Source: an uncultured bacterium
GTDB taxonomy: Bacteria; Patescibacteriota; Minisyncoccia; UBA6257; 2-01-FULL-56-20
NCBI GenBank assembly: GCA_963707865.1
Contig: OY970175.1
Location: forward strand, 16,748-80,747
Length of the DNA: 64,000 nt
Reading direction: 5' to 3'
Each line of letters starts with the position of its first letter. The first letter of the stretch is position 1. Below, piece by piece: positions 20,962 to 29,547 of the stretch. Under the pieces are notes generated by a model. The model saw nothing but the letters and a program-made list of their open reading frames with translations, was not told the origin of the DNA and made no database searches. Both the position numbers and the translations under genes were made by a program.

Positions 20962-21658
20962 AAAGTTTTTCCAATACGTCTTTGGTGAGAGCTTCGTCGG
21001 GTGGGCCGAAGCAGAGCTCAGACGTGTGGAGACAAAGCACTTTCGTAGCGTACTGGTACACGACGTTAAGGTCGTGCGAGACGAGGATGGTTGTCATGTC
21101 GTATTGGTCCTGAAGGCGGTGGACGAGTTCATAAACCTGCTCTTCGCCGGACTCGTCAATGCTCGCAGTCGGTTCGTCAAGCAGCAGCACGCTCGGCTTG
21201 CCCAGCCGCGCTTCGTCGTGCGAAGTGGTGCTCGGCAAGCCAAGGAGTGCGAATGCAATAAGCGCGCGCTGGAACTGTCCGCCCGAAAGGTGCCCCACGG
21301 GCGTTTCAAGTATTTTTTTTGTGAGACCGACGGCATCCGCGACGGCGCTCGCTTCGGCTTTCGCGAGACGGAGCGTCGCCGATTTAGCCGCGAGAAGATT
21401 GTGGAAGTTGATGGGGAGGTGGCGGTCGGCGTCTATTTTTTGCGGCACATAGCCGATCCGCGTGCCGGGGGCCCACGCAACCGTGCCGCGGTAGGGAATC
21501 ATGCCGAGGAGCGCGCGCAAAAGGACGCTCTTACCCGCGCCATTGGGACCGATAACCGCAAGCGCATCCCCCTTGTCAAGTGTAAAATTGATACTCTGCA
21601 ACGCGGTTCTTCCGCCCAATACTACGTTCAGATCGGAAACGGTAAGCGCATCTGCCAT
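20909..21658 (-). CDS. metal ABC transporter ATP-binding protein with His-rich C-terminal tail
   Basis: Walker A GPNGAGKS, signature LSGGQFQRA, Walker B LLLDEP; tail HKYFHHFHHLHDPH. Confidence 0.85.
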   Translation of the reverse strand: MADALTVSDLNVVLGGRTALQSINFTLDKGDALAVIGPNGAGKSVLLRALLGMIPYRGTVAWAPGTRIGYVPQKIDADRHLPINFHNLLAAKSATLRLAKAEASAVADAVGLTKKILETPVGHLSGGQFQRALIAFALLGLPSTTSHDEARLGKPSVLLLDEPTASIDESGEEQVYELVHRLQDQYDMTTILVSHDLNVVYQYATKVLCLHTSELCFGPPDEALTKDVLEKLYGPHKYFHHFHHLHDPH

Positions 21659-21669
21659 TGTGAATATTG

Positions 21670-21732
21670 TAGCGTAGAACCCATCTTAAAAATAGGGCAT
21701 AAGAGCCATGCGGCCTATTTTTAAGATGGGTT
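21670..21732. promoter_or_regulatory. conserved 16-nt motif TAGCGTAGAACCCATC plus 20-bp-arm palindrome (GAACCCATCTTAAAAATAGG-N16-CCTATTTTTAAGATGGGTTC), copy 2
   Basis: Begins 12 nt after the divergent start codon at 21658; between the ABC ATPase gene and the histidine kinase gene. Confidence 0.5.
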
Positions 21733-21780
21733 CCGGCGGCGGATGGGAAAGGGAGGAGACCAGAATGATAGAATGAAGGT

Positions 21781-23571
21781 ATGCAGAAGCCGTCTAAAAG
21801 AAAACTTCGGAATCGGATCTTTCTCGTGATTCTCGTCGGGCTTGTCCCTATCGCGGTTGCGGTGGGGCTTGGTATCTACACCGTGAACAGCTCACACCGC
21901 GAGGATGTGGCACGGCTTGAATCGGCGGTGCTTACAGAGAAGGCGCAGGAAGTAGAGACCTATGTGAACGAAAACATCTTAAGCCACCCCCGGATCGTAT
22001 CGCCCCAAGGGACAAGCATTGCACAATCAACTTCGGCGCAGAAATTTGCCCTCAGCCAAACAATGAATGTGCTCACCTTTCTTAATGTGGAATCTTTTGT
22101 CAATTTGAGCGGAGAAGAATTGGTGCGCCTTGATCGCGCGTATCCCGACGGCTATCCCGCGGATGCCTTGCGCGACATGAGCGCCACGCCGGCGTTTCAG
22201 ATCGCCCGTGCGGGCAACTATTATATCGGTCCCATTTCTTACATTTCTTCCACGCCCTCGGTCACCTTTTCGTCTCCCGTGGAGGATGATGCAAAAAACG
22301 TGATAGGGGTGATCGTGGGCGAGGCGAATCTGGCGGAGCTCCAAGCGATTGTTACGGAAGCGAAGATCGGCACCACCGGGTACCTGTATCTTGTGGATGG
22401 ACAGGGGAACACGATTGGCGGTGGAGGGCCGATGAAGGGGACTACGGGACAAACGGCTACGGTGAATGGGGTTAACCTGTCGACGGTACAGGCGGCACTC
22501 GCTGGGGAAGATCTTCTTACCGCCGACACGCAAGAGACCTATAAAAACATCGTAGGGGAAACGGTGGTCGCTGCGGAAAAATATATTCCGGAATTTGGTT
22601 GGGGACTCGTCGTGGAATGGCCGACAAGCGAGGCGAACGCCGTGATCAATACGCTTTTCTTGCGCAACGCTATCACATTTGCCATTGTGTTGCTCATCGC
22701 GTTCGCCGCGTCGCTCTTCCTCGCCGCATATGTGGTGCGCCCGGTGCGGAAGTTGCAGGAGGGCGTGGCGCGGGTGGCGCAGGGAAAGTTTGACGAGGGG
22801 GTTTACATCGCAACTGGCGACGAATTGGAAGCCCTCGGCGACTCGTTCAATAACATGGTGCAGGGGTTGAAGCAGTTGGAACAGCTGAAAGACGAGTTCG
22901 TCTTTATCGCGGCGCACGAGCTGCGGACCCCCGTGGCTGCGATGAAGGGATATCTTTCTCTTGTTCTTGACGGTACGACGGGCGCCATCACTGATGGGAC
23001 AAGAGCGTACGTGGAGAAGGTAATCGCGTCGGATAACCGTCTTGTCCAACTGGTGAACGACCTTCTTGAGGTCGCCCGCTCAGAGGCGGGACGGCTTACG
23101 ATTAAGGTGTCGCCGATTGACATGGCGCCGCTCGTCTGTGCAGTGCTTGACGAACTCAAAGCGCTCGCCGACGAGAAGTCGGTAAAAATGGTCTACGAAC
23201 CGTCTGTAGATTTGCCGAAGGTAGTGGGCGACGCGGATCACGTGAAGGAAGTTATGGTCAATCTTGTGGGCAATGCGATCAAGTATATGGGTGGCGCGGG
23301 GACGGTGACCATTTTGCACGAAGTGAAAGACGGCGCGCTCCTGACGCACGTCGCAGATACTGGGATCGGCATTGCAAAGGAAGCACAGGAAAAATTGTTT
23401 CAAAAATTCTACCGCGTGCAGACGGAGAAGACGCGCGACATCACGGGCACCGGCCTTGGCCTTTTTATCGTGCGGGAGATTATGGAAAAGATGGGTGGAA
23501 AAATCTTGGTTGAGTCCGAGGAAGGAAAAGGGTCCATGTTCAGCATTAGCCTCCCCCTCGCAAAAACGTAA
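21781..23571 (+). CDS. sensor histidine kinase (TM - extracytoplasmic Cache-like domain - TM - HAMP - HisKA - HATPase_c)
   Basis: H-box FIAAHELRTPVAAMKGY; N, G1 and G2 boxes (NLVGNAIKY, DTGIGI, GTGLGL); no response regulator gene in window. Confidence 0.8.
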   Translation: MQKPSKRKLRNRIFLVILVGLVPIAVAVGLGIYTVNSSHREDVARLESAVLTEKAQEVETYVNENILSHPRIVSPQGTSIAQSTSAQKFALSQTMNVLTFLNVESFVNLSGEELVRLDRAYPDGYPADALRDMSATPAFQIARAGNYYIGPISYISSTPSVTFSSPVEDDAKNVIGVIVGEANLAELQAIVTEAKIGTTGYLYLVDGQGNTIGGGGPMKGTTGQTATVNGVNLSTVQAALAGEDLLTADTQETYKNIVGETVVAAEKYIPEFGWGLVVEWPTSEANAVINTLFLRNAITFAIVLLIAFAASLFLAAYVVRPVRKLQEGVARVAQGKFDEGVYIATGDELEALGDSFNNMVQGLKQLEQLKDEFVFIAAHELRTPVAAMKGYLSLVLDGTTGAITDGTRAYVEKVIASDNRLVQLVNDLLEVARSEAGRLTIKVSPIDMAPLVCAVLDELKALADEKSVKMVYEPSVDLPKVVGDADHVKEVMVNLVGNAIKYMGGAGTVTILHEVKDGALLTHVADTGIGIAKEAQEKLFQKFYRVQTEKTRDITGTGLGLFIVREIMEKMGGKILVESEEGKGSMFSISLPLAKT

Positions 23572-23728
23572 AAACCTTCTTTTGCTGAACTCGTCTTCAC
23601 GCCGAAGGCAGCGCTTGCTTTTATTGTTTTTTGTTGTATAATAGGCGGGCTCTTTGAAATAGATGTTTTTGCGGCTCTTTTTAAATTTAATAACTTAAAG
23701 AGTCGAAAAAACTAATATACAGACAGAA

Positions 23729-25225
23729 ATGAATAGAATAAACAGATTGAAGAAGATTACGGTGATTGGATTGGGGATTCTCTTGATGGGGAGCGCTTTA
23801 GTTCCGGCAATGATCGGTTCCGAAGGGTTCACCGTCGCGCGCGCCGACAGTGTTGCAACAAGTACGGCGAGCACTACCACGAGTTCTAGCGCGAGTACGA
23901 GCGCAAGCGGAAGTGCTGATGCGAGCAGTACCGCGAGTGCGGGAGGCATAGATACGACCGCAAGCACAACCGCGAACGCAAGTTCTAGTACGAGCGCGAG
24001 CGGGGGAAGTGCGAGCGCCAGTGCAAGCGCAGACGCGACGGCAGGGTCGGGCACGAACGAGAGTACCTGTAAGGTGACGACCGGCTCGATCACCATTTGC
24101 AAAGTGATCGAGAACGCAAGCGGTACAATCGTGAACGGTGCGGCATTCCCTGGGCAGGTCTTTACAGTCCCGGGGATAGCCACGGTGCCTTCAACGACCG
24201 CAGGTGCGGCAGGACTGTTGCCGACCTCGGTCTTTACGACGCCGGTTCCCTGGAACGAAGAACTTTTCGGTTCTCGCGCGGACAATGCGAAGTGCCTTAC
24301 GTACGACCATCTTGCCCTCGGCGATTACTACTACGGGCAAGAGCAAATTGCGACCTCAACGTATCAGTGGGCAACCCCGCGCTACAATGACCAAAATACG
24401 GTTACTGCAGCGACGCCGGCGAACACATTCCCATACAGCGGCGAGCTGTTTGACAACGATCCCTCCAATGACAGCCAGCGGAACCAGAACGCTGATGGGG
24501 ACATCACCCTCACGCGCGCACGTCCAAACCGCGAACTCATCGTTCTCAACCAATTCTTGGGGAGCGGTACGACGACGCCTCAGAGCGCAGGCCTCACCAT
24601 TGTGAAGACTGCCGATGTGACCTCTACAGTTCCCGGCGGCACCGTGCACTATATGCTCACGGTGGATGCCTTGGGTCCTGTGACGTCAACGGGAGTGGTC
24701 GCGACGGATACGCTTCCTTCGGAGCTTACGTTTGAGAACGCCACCGCTTCGGTGGGTTCTTACGCCAGCTCCACGGGTACGTGGACCATCGGCGACCTGA
24801 GTCCGAGTTCCACGGCGACGCTTGCAATCCAAGCGACCGTGAACCCGAGCACGCCCACGGGCACGACGATCGTGAATACCGCGATCGTAGGGGAGAATGC
24901 CAGCACGACGAATCCGAATCCGAACACGTCCTCAACCATACCGGTTATTGTGACAAGTACCAGTACTTGCACATCTAACTGCGGTGGCGGCGGAGGTGGC
25001 GGCGGCGGAGGCGTGAGCTCAAGCACCTGCACCATAGTGAGCGACACGAACAACTTGGTGTACGGCAGCGGTCCGGTTGCGATTAATAACCCTTACGTGG
25101 CCTCATGGCTTGATACCACGGGCCTCGCGAATGGCGGGAACGCCGCGCTTGTTGCGACTCCGTACAACACTCGTTGGACGGCGTCAATTCCGGGCGGTAC
25201 TCTGCACATACATATGGCCCCTTGA
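23729..25225 (+). CDS. secreted Ser/Thr-rich surface protein with DUF11 (conserved repeat) domain and (Gly)10 tract; 3' end runs into the IS element
   Basis: Signal peptide, S/T/A low-complexity region, DUF11-like block LTIVKTADVTSTVPGGTVHYMLTV...; stop codon lies inside the IS left terminus. Confidence 0.6.
   Translation: MNRINRLKKITVIGLGILLMGSALVPAMIGSEGFTVARADSVATSTASTTTSSSASTSASGSADASSTASAGGIDTTASTTANASSSTSASGGSASASASADATAGSGTNESTCKVTTGSITICKVIENASGTIVNGAAFPGQVFTVPGIATVPSTTAGAAGLLPTSVFTTPVPWNEELFGSRADNAKCLTYDHLALGDYYYGQEQIATSTYQWATPRYNDQNTVTAATPANTFPYSGELFDNDPSNDSQRNQNADGDITLTRARPNRELIVLNQFLGSGTTTPQSAGLTIVKTADVTSTVPGGTVHYMLTVDALGPVTSTGVVATDTLPSELTFENATASVGSYASSTGTWTIGDLSPSSTATLAIQATVNPSTPTGTTIVNTAIVGENASTTNPNPNTSSTIPVIVTSTSTCTSNCGGGGGGGGGGVSSSTCTIVSDTNNLVYGSGPVAINNPYVASWLDTTGLANGGNAALVATPYNTRWTASIPGGTLHIHMAP
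24587..25012 (+). repeat. ~425-bp direct repeat copy 1 (DUF11-coding block, ~98% identical to copy at 26999)
   Basis: Same encoded peptide QSAGLTIVKTADV...TSTSTCTSNCGGGG in both genes; identical reverse-frame ORFs 24356-24649 and 26685-27062 in the ORF track. Confidence 0.8.
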
Positions 25226-26192
25226 AGTGTAAGCTGGGGAATATGCCACAAACACTCGCAAAAGACGCAGCAGAGGAACGGATGCGGTGGATCACCCCGC
25301 ATCTTGAGAAAGAGATGAGTATCAAGGACATTGCTGCCCACGCGCCGTTTTCATATCGCACGCTCAAGCGGTGGGTGGCGGCATATCGCAGGGGCGGGAT
25401 CGATGCGCTCGTGTCGCACTCGCGCAGGCCGCACACGCATCCGAAACAATTCTCACAGACCATCGTGAATCGGATCAGATCGTTGCGAACAGCAACGGAT
25501 CTGGGTCCTGATGTCCTCATGTATCTCCTCGCCCGCGAGGGCCTGAAGCTCTCCGTGCGGGGTATTGCCAAAGTCCTGAAACGTGAGGGGCTCTCAAGAA
25601 CCAAAAAACGGTTGGTGCCCAAAGCAAAGTGGAAACCGACCGCCACGTTTCCCGGAGAGATCATCGAGATTGATGTCGTTTATGTGCGGAGATTCAAGGG
25701 GCAATGGCTCTACCAGTTCACCGCGATTGATTGCTGCACGCGGTGGCGGCATCTCTGGGTGACCCAAGAACAATCCACGCGGACCGCGATCTTGTTTCTC
25801 GAGAAAGTCATTGCTACGGCACCCTTCCGCATCCGTGCGGTGAAGACCGATAACGGATCAATCTTCACGAACCGGTACGTGGGATATCCGAAGTCAGCAG
25901 ATCCCCTGAAGCCGCGGTTGCATCCTTTTGATGTTACTTGTGAAAAACAAAAAATGACGCACTATCTCATCGCCCCGGGGCATCCTGCGCAGAACGGCAA
26001 GGTGGAGCGGTCGCATCGCAATGACCGCGAACGGTTCTGGAACAAGATATCATTCCGCACGGTGGCCGAAGCGAAACAAAAACAGGCCGCGTACTGCGCC
26101 TGGTACAACACGGTCTGTCCTCATCTTGCCCTTGCGGGAAAGACGCCGGTTGAATATCTTCAAGCTATCGAGGGGACAAATGTGCGGACATG
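25200..26192 (+). mobile_element. IS481-family insertion sequence (~1 kb)
   Basis: Single DDE transposase ORF; imperfect terminal inverted repeats (left CTGCACATACATATGGCCCCTT; right reverse complement TCCGCACATTTGTCCCCTCG); boundaries approximate. Confidence 0.55.
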
Positions 26193-26193
26193 A
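25243..26193 (+). CDS. IS481-family DDE transposase
   Basis: N-terminal HTH, rve integrase core with AIDCCTRW / VKTDNGSIFT / HPAQNGKVERSHR (D-D-E) motifs; ATG 25243 preferred over the TTG at 25174. Confidence 0.8.
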   Translation: MPQTLAKDAAEERMRWITPHLEKEMSIKDIAAHAPFSYRTLKRWVAAYRRGGIDALVSHSRRPHTHPKQFSQTIVNRIRSLRTATDLGPDVLMYLLAREGLKLSVRGIAKVLKREGLSRTKKRLVPKAKWKPTATFPGEIIEIDVVYVRRFKGQWLYQFTAIDCCTRWRHLWVTQEQSTRTAILFLEKVIATAPFRIRAVKTDNGSIFTNRYVGYPKSADPLKPRLHPFDVTCEKQKMTHYLIAPGHPAQNGKVERSHRNDRERFWNKISFRTVAEAKQKQAAYCAWYNTVCPHLALAGKTPVEYLQAIEGTNVRT

Positions 26194-28130
26194 AACAGGG
26201 CGCGAGCTGGATCTGGGCGACACCGACGATTGATAACCCGCTCGTGAACGAGGCATACACGTTCAAGAAAACCTTCACGGTTTCGGGAACTCCGGCTTCG
26301 GCGACGTTGGACATCAACGCTGACAACTCCTACGGCGTCGTACTGAATGGCGCCACGGTTGCTTCAAACTCAAACGAGCTTAACTACTTCATTCAGAATG
26401 AGGGACAGTTCAATGTTGCTTCCGCGTTGCACAACGGTACGAACACCATTGCGGTGACGGTTGCGAATTTCGGCATGCCGAGTAGCACGCCGCAATCCAA
26501 CCCGGCTGGCCTGCTTTATAAGCTCGCCATCCAGGGTGCGACCTGTACGACTCCCACTTCTACCCCGACCTCCACGATCCCGTCCGCGGACATCGCCATT
26601 GCGAAGACCGCGGATGTAACGTCAACGGTTGCGGGTGGCACGGTGAACTATACACTTACCGTAACCGGTCTTGGCCCCACAACCTCAACGATTGTGGTTG
26701 CCAATGATCGATTGCCTGCCGGCGTGAGTTTGATCTCTGCGACATCTTCGCAGGGGACTTACAACATGACGACGGGTGATTGGAACATCAACACGGTGGC
26801 GCCGAACGCGACGGCTACCCTGATTATCGCAGCCATGGTTGATCCGCGTGAAGCGGGCGAGAGCATTACGAACACCGCGACCGTTTCCGAGTTGAGTTCG
26901 CTCATTGATCCGAATCCGGCGAACAATTCTTCCTCGGTTACGATCATGGTCCAGCCCACGAGCACGTGCACTTCCAACTGTGGCGGAGAAATTCCTCAAG
27001 CAGGCCTCACCATTGTGAAGACTGCCGATGTGACCTCTACAGTTCCCGGCGGCACCGTGCACTATATGCTCACGGTGGATGCCTTGGGTCCTGTGACGTC
27101 AACGGGAGTGGTCGCGACGGATACGCTTCCTTCGGAGCTTACGTTTGAGAACGCCACCGCTTCGGTGGGTTCTTACGCCAGCTCCACGGGTACGTGGACC
27201 ATCGGTGACCTGAGTCCGAGTTCCACGGCGACGCTTGCAATCCAAGCGACTGTGAACCCGAGCACGCCCACGGGCACGACGATCCTCAATACGGCAATCG
27301 TAGGGGAGAATGCCAGCACGACGAATCCGAATCCGAACACGTCCTCAACCATACCGGTTATTGTGACAAGTACCAGTACTTGCACATCTGACTGCGGTGG
27401 TGGCGGAGGTGGCGGTGGCGGAGGCGGCGGAGGCGGCGGAGGTGGAGGTGGTATCTCGGTGTCCGTTGGCGGCGGTGGCACGGCGTATTCCATAGCCATC
27501 AATAATGGCGCGACGTCCACGCCGACCACGAATGCGACACTTTCGCTCTACGGAACGGGAGCCTACGCGATGGCGATCGCGAACGAGCCCTTCCCGAGTT
27601 CCATTGCGACGTCAACCGCGAGTTCAACTGTGGGCGACACCGGATGGATTCCGTACACGACTTCTATGCCGTGGACACTTACACCCGGCGCGGGATTGAA
27701 AACCGTTTACGTGCGATACCGTGACGTGAACGGCAACATTCTTGCGACCGTGAACGCTTCCATTGAACTCCTGGGCGGGCAGGTGCTTGGCGCTTCCGCA
27801 AGCTGCGGCACCTATCTGAACGATTACATCCGCCTCGGATGGAACAACAATCCCAATGAGGTGGCGAAGCTCCAGACATTCCTGAACAAAAATCTGGGAC
27901 TGAATCTGCCGATCACGGGCGTCTATGACCAAAAGGGTTTCAACGCCGTGGAGCAATTCCAGCTCAAGTACAACGATCAAGTGCTTGCGCCATGGGTGCC
28001 CCTCGGTTTGCTGAACAAGATGACGCCGACCGGTTTCGTTTATCAGACGACGAAATGGGAGATTAATATGCTGCAGTGCGCAGCGCTCAATCTTCCGCTC
28101 CCAGCTTTACAGGTCTATGGGACACCGTAA
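26190..28130 (+). CDS. surface protein: N-terminal beta-sandwich-like domain, two DUF11 blocks, (Gly)20 tract, C-terminal peptidoglycan-binding-like domain; no signal peptide, start codon formed at the IS right end
   Basis: DUF11 blocks at aa ~130-260 and 265-395; C-terminal IRLGWNNNPNEVAKLQTFLNKNLGL...GFNAVEQFQ resembles PG_binding_1. Confidence 0.6.
   Translation: MKQGASWIWATPTIDNPLVNEAYTFKKTFTVSGTPASATLDINADNSYGVVLNGATVASNSNELNYFIQNEGQFNVASALHNGTNTIAVTVANFGMPSSTPQSNPAGLLYKLAIQGATCTTPTSTPTSTIPSADIAIAKTADVTSTVAGGTVNYTLTVTGLGPTTSTIVVANDRLPAGVSLISATSSQGTYNMTTGDWNINTVAPNATATLIIAAMVDPREAGESITNTATVSELSSLIDPNPANNSSSVTIMVQPTSTCTSNCGGEIPQAGLTIVKTADVTSTVPGGTVHYMLTVDALGPVTSTGVVATDTLPSELTFENATASVGSYASSTGTWTIGDLSPSSTATLAIQATVNPSTPTGTTILNTAIVGENASTTNPNPNTSSTIPVIVTSTSTCTSDCGGGGGGGGGGGGGGGGGGGISVSVGGGGTAYSIAINNGATSTPTTNATLSLYGTGAYAMAIANEPFPSSIATSTASSTVGDTGWIPYTTSMPWTLTPGAGLKTVYVRYRDVNGNILATVNASIELLGGQVLGASASCGTYLNDYIRLGWNNNPNEVAKLQTFLNKNLGLNLPITGVYDQKGFNAVEQFQLKYNDQVLAPWVPLGLLNKMTPTGFVYQTTKWEINMLQCAALNLPLPALQVYGTP
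26999..27424 (+). repeat. ~425-bp direct repeat copy 2, followed by expanded (GGN)20 tract
   Basis: See copy 1; Gly tract at ~27395-27455 is twice the length of the one at ~24985-25015. Confidence 0.8.
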
Positions 28131-28149
28131 TCACGCGAATGCCCAAAAA

Positions 28150-28192
28150 CAGTCCAGCACCATCCTAAAAAGTGGTGCTGGATTGTTTTTTG
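28150..28192 (+). terminator. rho-independent terminator (CCAGCACCA-loop-TGGTGCTGG + T6)
   Basis: GC-rich hairpin followed by TTTTTT, 20 nt after the surface-protein stop. Confidence 0.6.
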
Positions 28193-28222
28193 GACAGCTT
28201 TGTGATATAATATGACCAATGC

Positions 28223-28285
28223 TGCCTGTCTGCGCCCCTCCGGCCTCCTTTGAAGCCAGAGTCGGCCGGAGGGGCGCAGACAGGC
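28223..28285 (+). promoter_or_regulatory. 22-bp perfect inverted repeat (GCCTGTCTGCGCCCCTCCGGCC ... GGCCGGAGGGGCGCAGACAGGC) in the 5' UTR of the CAP-domain gene
   Basis: Lies between a TATAAT box (28206-28211) and the ATG at 28296; ends 10 nt before the start codon. Confidence 0.6.
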
Positions 28286-28295
28286 GACCATTTCA

Positions 28296-29360
28296 ATGTT
28301 CAAGAAACTAAAGTATTATTTTATTCCGCACGAGGGGAACGATCACAAGCCGCACATCCTGCGGCCGAAGGCGGTTGCTTTTGTGTGCCTCGTCGCGATC
28401 GTTGTGGAGGGTGTTTTTCTCCTCGGTTCGTCATTCGTGATTCCGCGCGTGAAGCTTTTTGGACTGATCATCGCGAACGCGCTCGTTGACGGCACGAACC
28501 AGGCGCGCGCTACCGCCGATCTGCCCGCGCTTCGCGAAAGCGGGCTTTTGGACGCGGCGGCGCAAAAGAAGGCGAACGACATGGTGACGAACAATTACTT
28601 TGCGCACACGAGCCCGTCGGGTCTCACGCCGTGGTATTGGTTTCAGAATGTAGGCTATCAGTTTGCCGTTGCAGGGGAGAATCTTGCGGTGAATTTTGCC
28701 GATTCGGCAGACGTGACGAATGCATGGCTCAACTCCCCCGATCACCGCGCGAATATCATGAATGCCGGTTTCTCCGAGATCGGCATGGCGACGGCGCAAG
28801 GTGAGTTCCAAGGGCACCCCGCCGTTTATGCGGTGGAGCTTTTCGGCACGCCGGCAGTTTCGGCTATGCCGTTCGTGGCGACCGCGGCAGCTGCATCGCC
28901 TACGGAAAGCGCTACGACTACGAAGACAACTGCGCGCGTCCCGGTGACAAAACCCATTGCCGTGGTACCGCTCCTTATTGCGACAAACTCAGCAAATTCC
29001 ACTTCGCAGCAGAATTTTGTGATGGTGAAGGGTGCGCAAACAGAAACGGCTTCCGCGACAACGGCCGGCGCGACGACGACCGCGGGAGGAGCGCTCGCCT
29101 CGGCACAAGCGCCCGCCCAGTCCCCGCCGCCGCAAACCAACCTCGTCCAGAGCGCCTTCGCCGATCCGCGCCGAACCGTGGATTACTTCTACTTCGGCAT
29201 TGCGATCCTTTTTGCCATTGCGCTCTCTCTGAATATTTTTGTCAGAATCCACGTCCAGCACCCGCAGCTCATTCTCGGAGGAATGTTGGTTATCCTCCTC
29301 GCCGGACTTTTCATCGTCCTCAACCAGCACTTCGGTGCCTCTGGAGTCGTTATTTTGTAA
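28296..29360 (+). CDS. CAP/SCP/PR-1 (YkwD-like) domain protein with N- and C-terminal TM helices and Ser/Thr/Ala-rich linker
   Basis: CAP motifs NNYFAHTSPSG, GENLA, WLNSPDHRANIM; 354 aa. Confidence 0.65.
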   Translation: MFKKLKYYFIPHEGNDHKPHILRPKAVAFVCLVAIVVEGVFLLGSSFVIPRVKLFGLIIANALVDGTNQARATADLPALRESGLLDAAAQKKANDMVTNNYFAHTSPSGLTPWYWFQNVGYQFAVAGENLAVNFADSADVTNAWLNSPDHRANIMNAGFSEIGMATAQGEFQGHPAVYAVELFGTPAVSAMPFVATAAAASPTESATTTKTTARVPVTKPIAVVPLLIATNSANSTSQQNFVMVKGAQTETASATTAGATTTAGGALASAQAPAQSPPPQTNLVQSAFADPRRTVDYFYFGIAILFAIALSLNIFVRIHVQHPQLILGGMLVILLAGLFIVLNQHFGASGVVIL

Positions 29361-29547
29361 TTTATCAGATTCGCCTCCCGGCAAGTTGAGAAGCCTCCCG
29401 CGCCTTATTCCGGCGTTTCACCCTAAATAAAATCCGTGTTGAATGTGAGAAATTTTCCTTCGCTGGAATTCTCCGTTTTCGCTCGAAAATCCGTCGCGAT
29501 ATGCAATTGCCAATTTTTGAGATAGGTTCTAAGCTCATAGCATAGCG

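Noticed and set aside
24980-27460. GGN x10 and GGN x20 simple repeats and the 425-bp duplicated blocks considered as CRISPR-like arrays
   Set aside because: They are in-frame coding repeats (poly-Gly and DUF11 domain) without spacer/repeat periodicity; no cas genes
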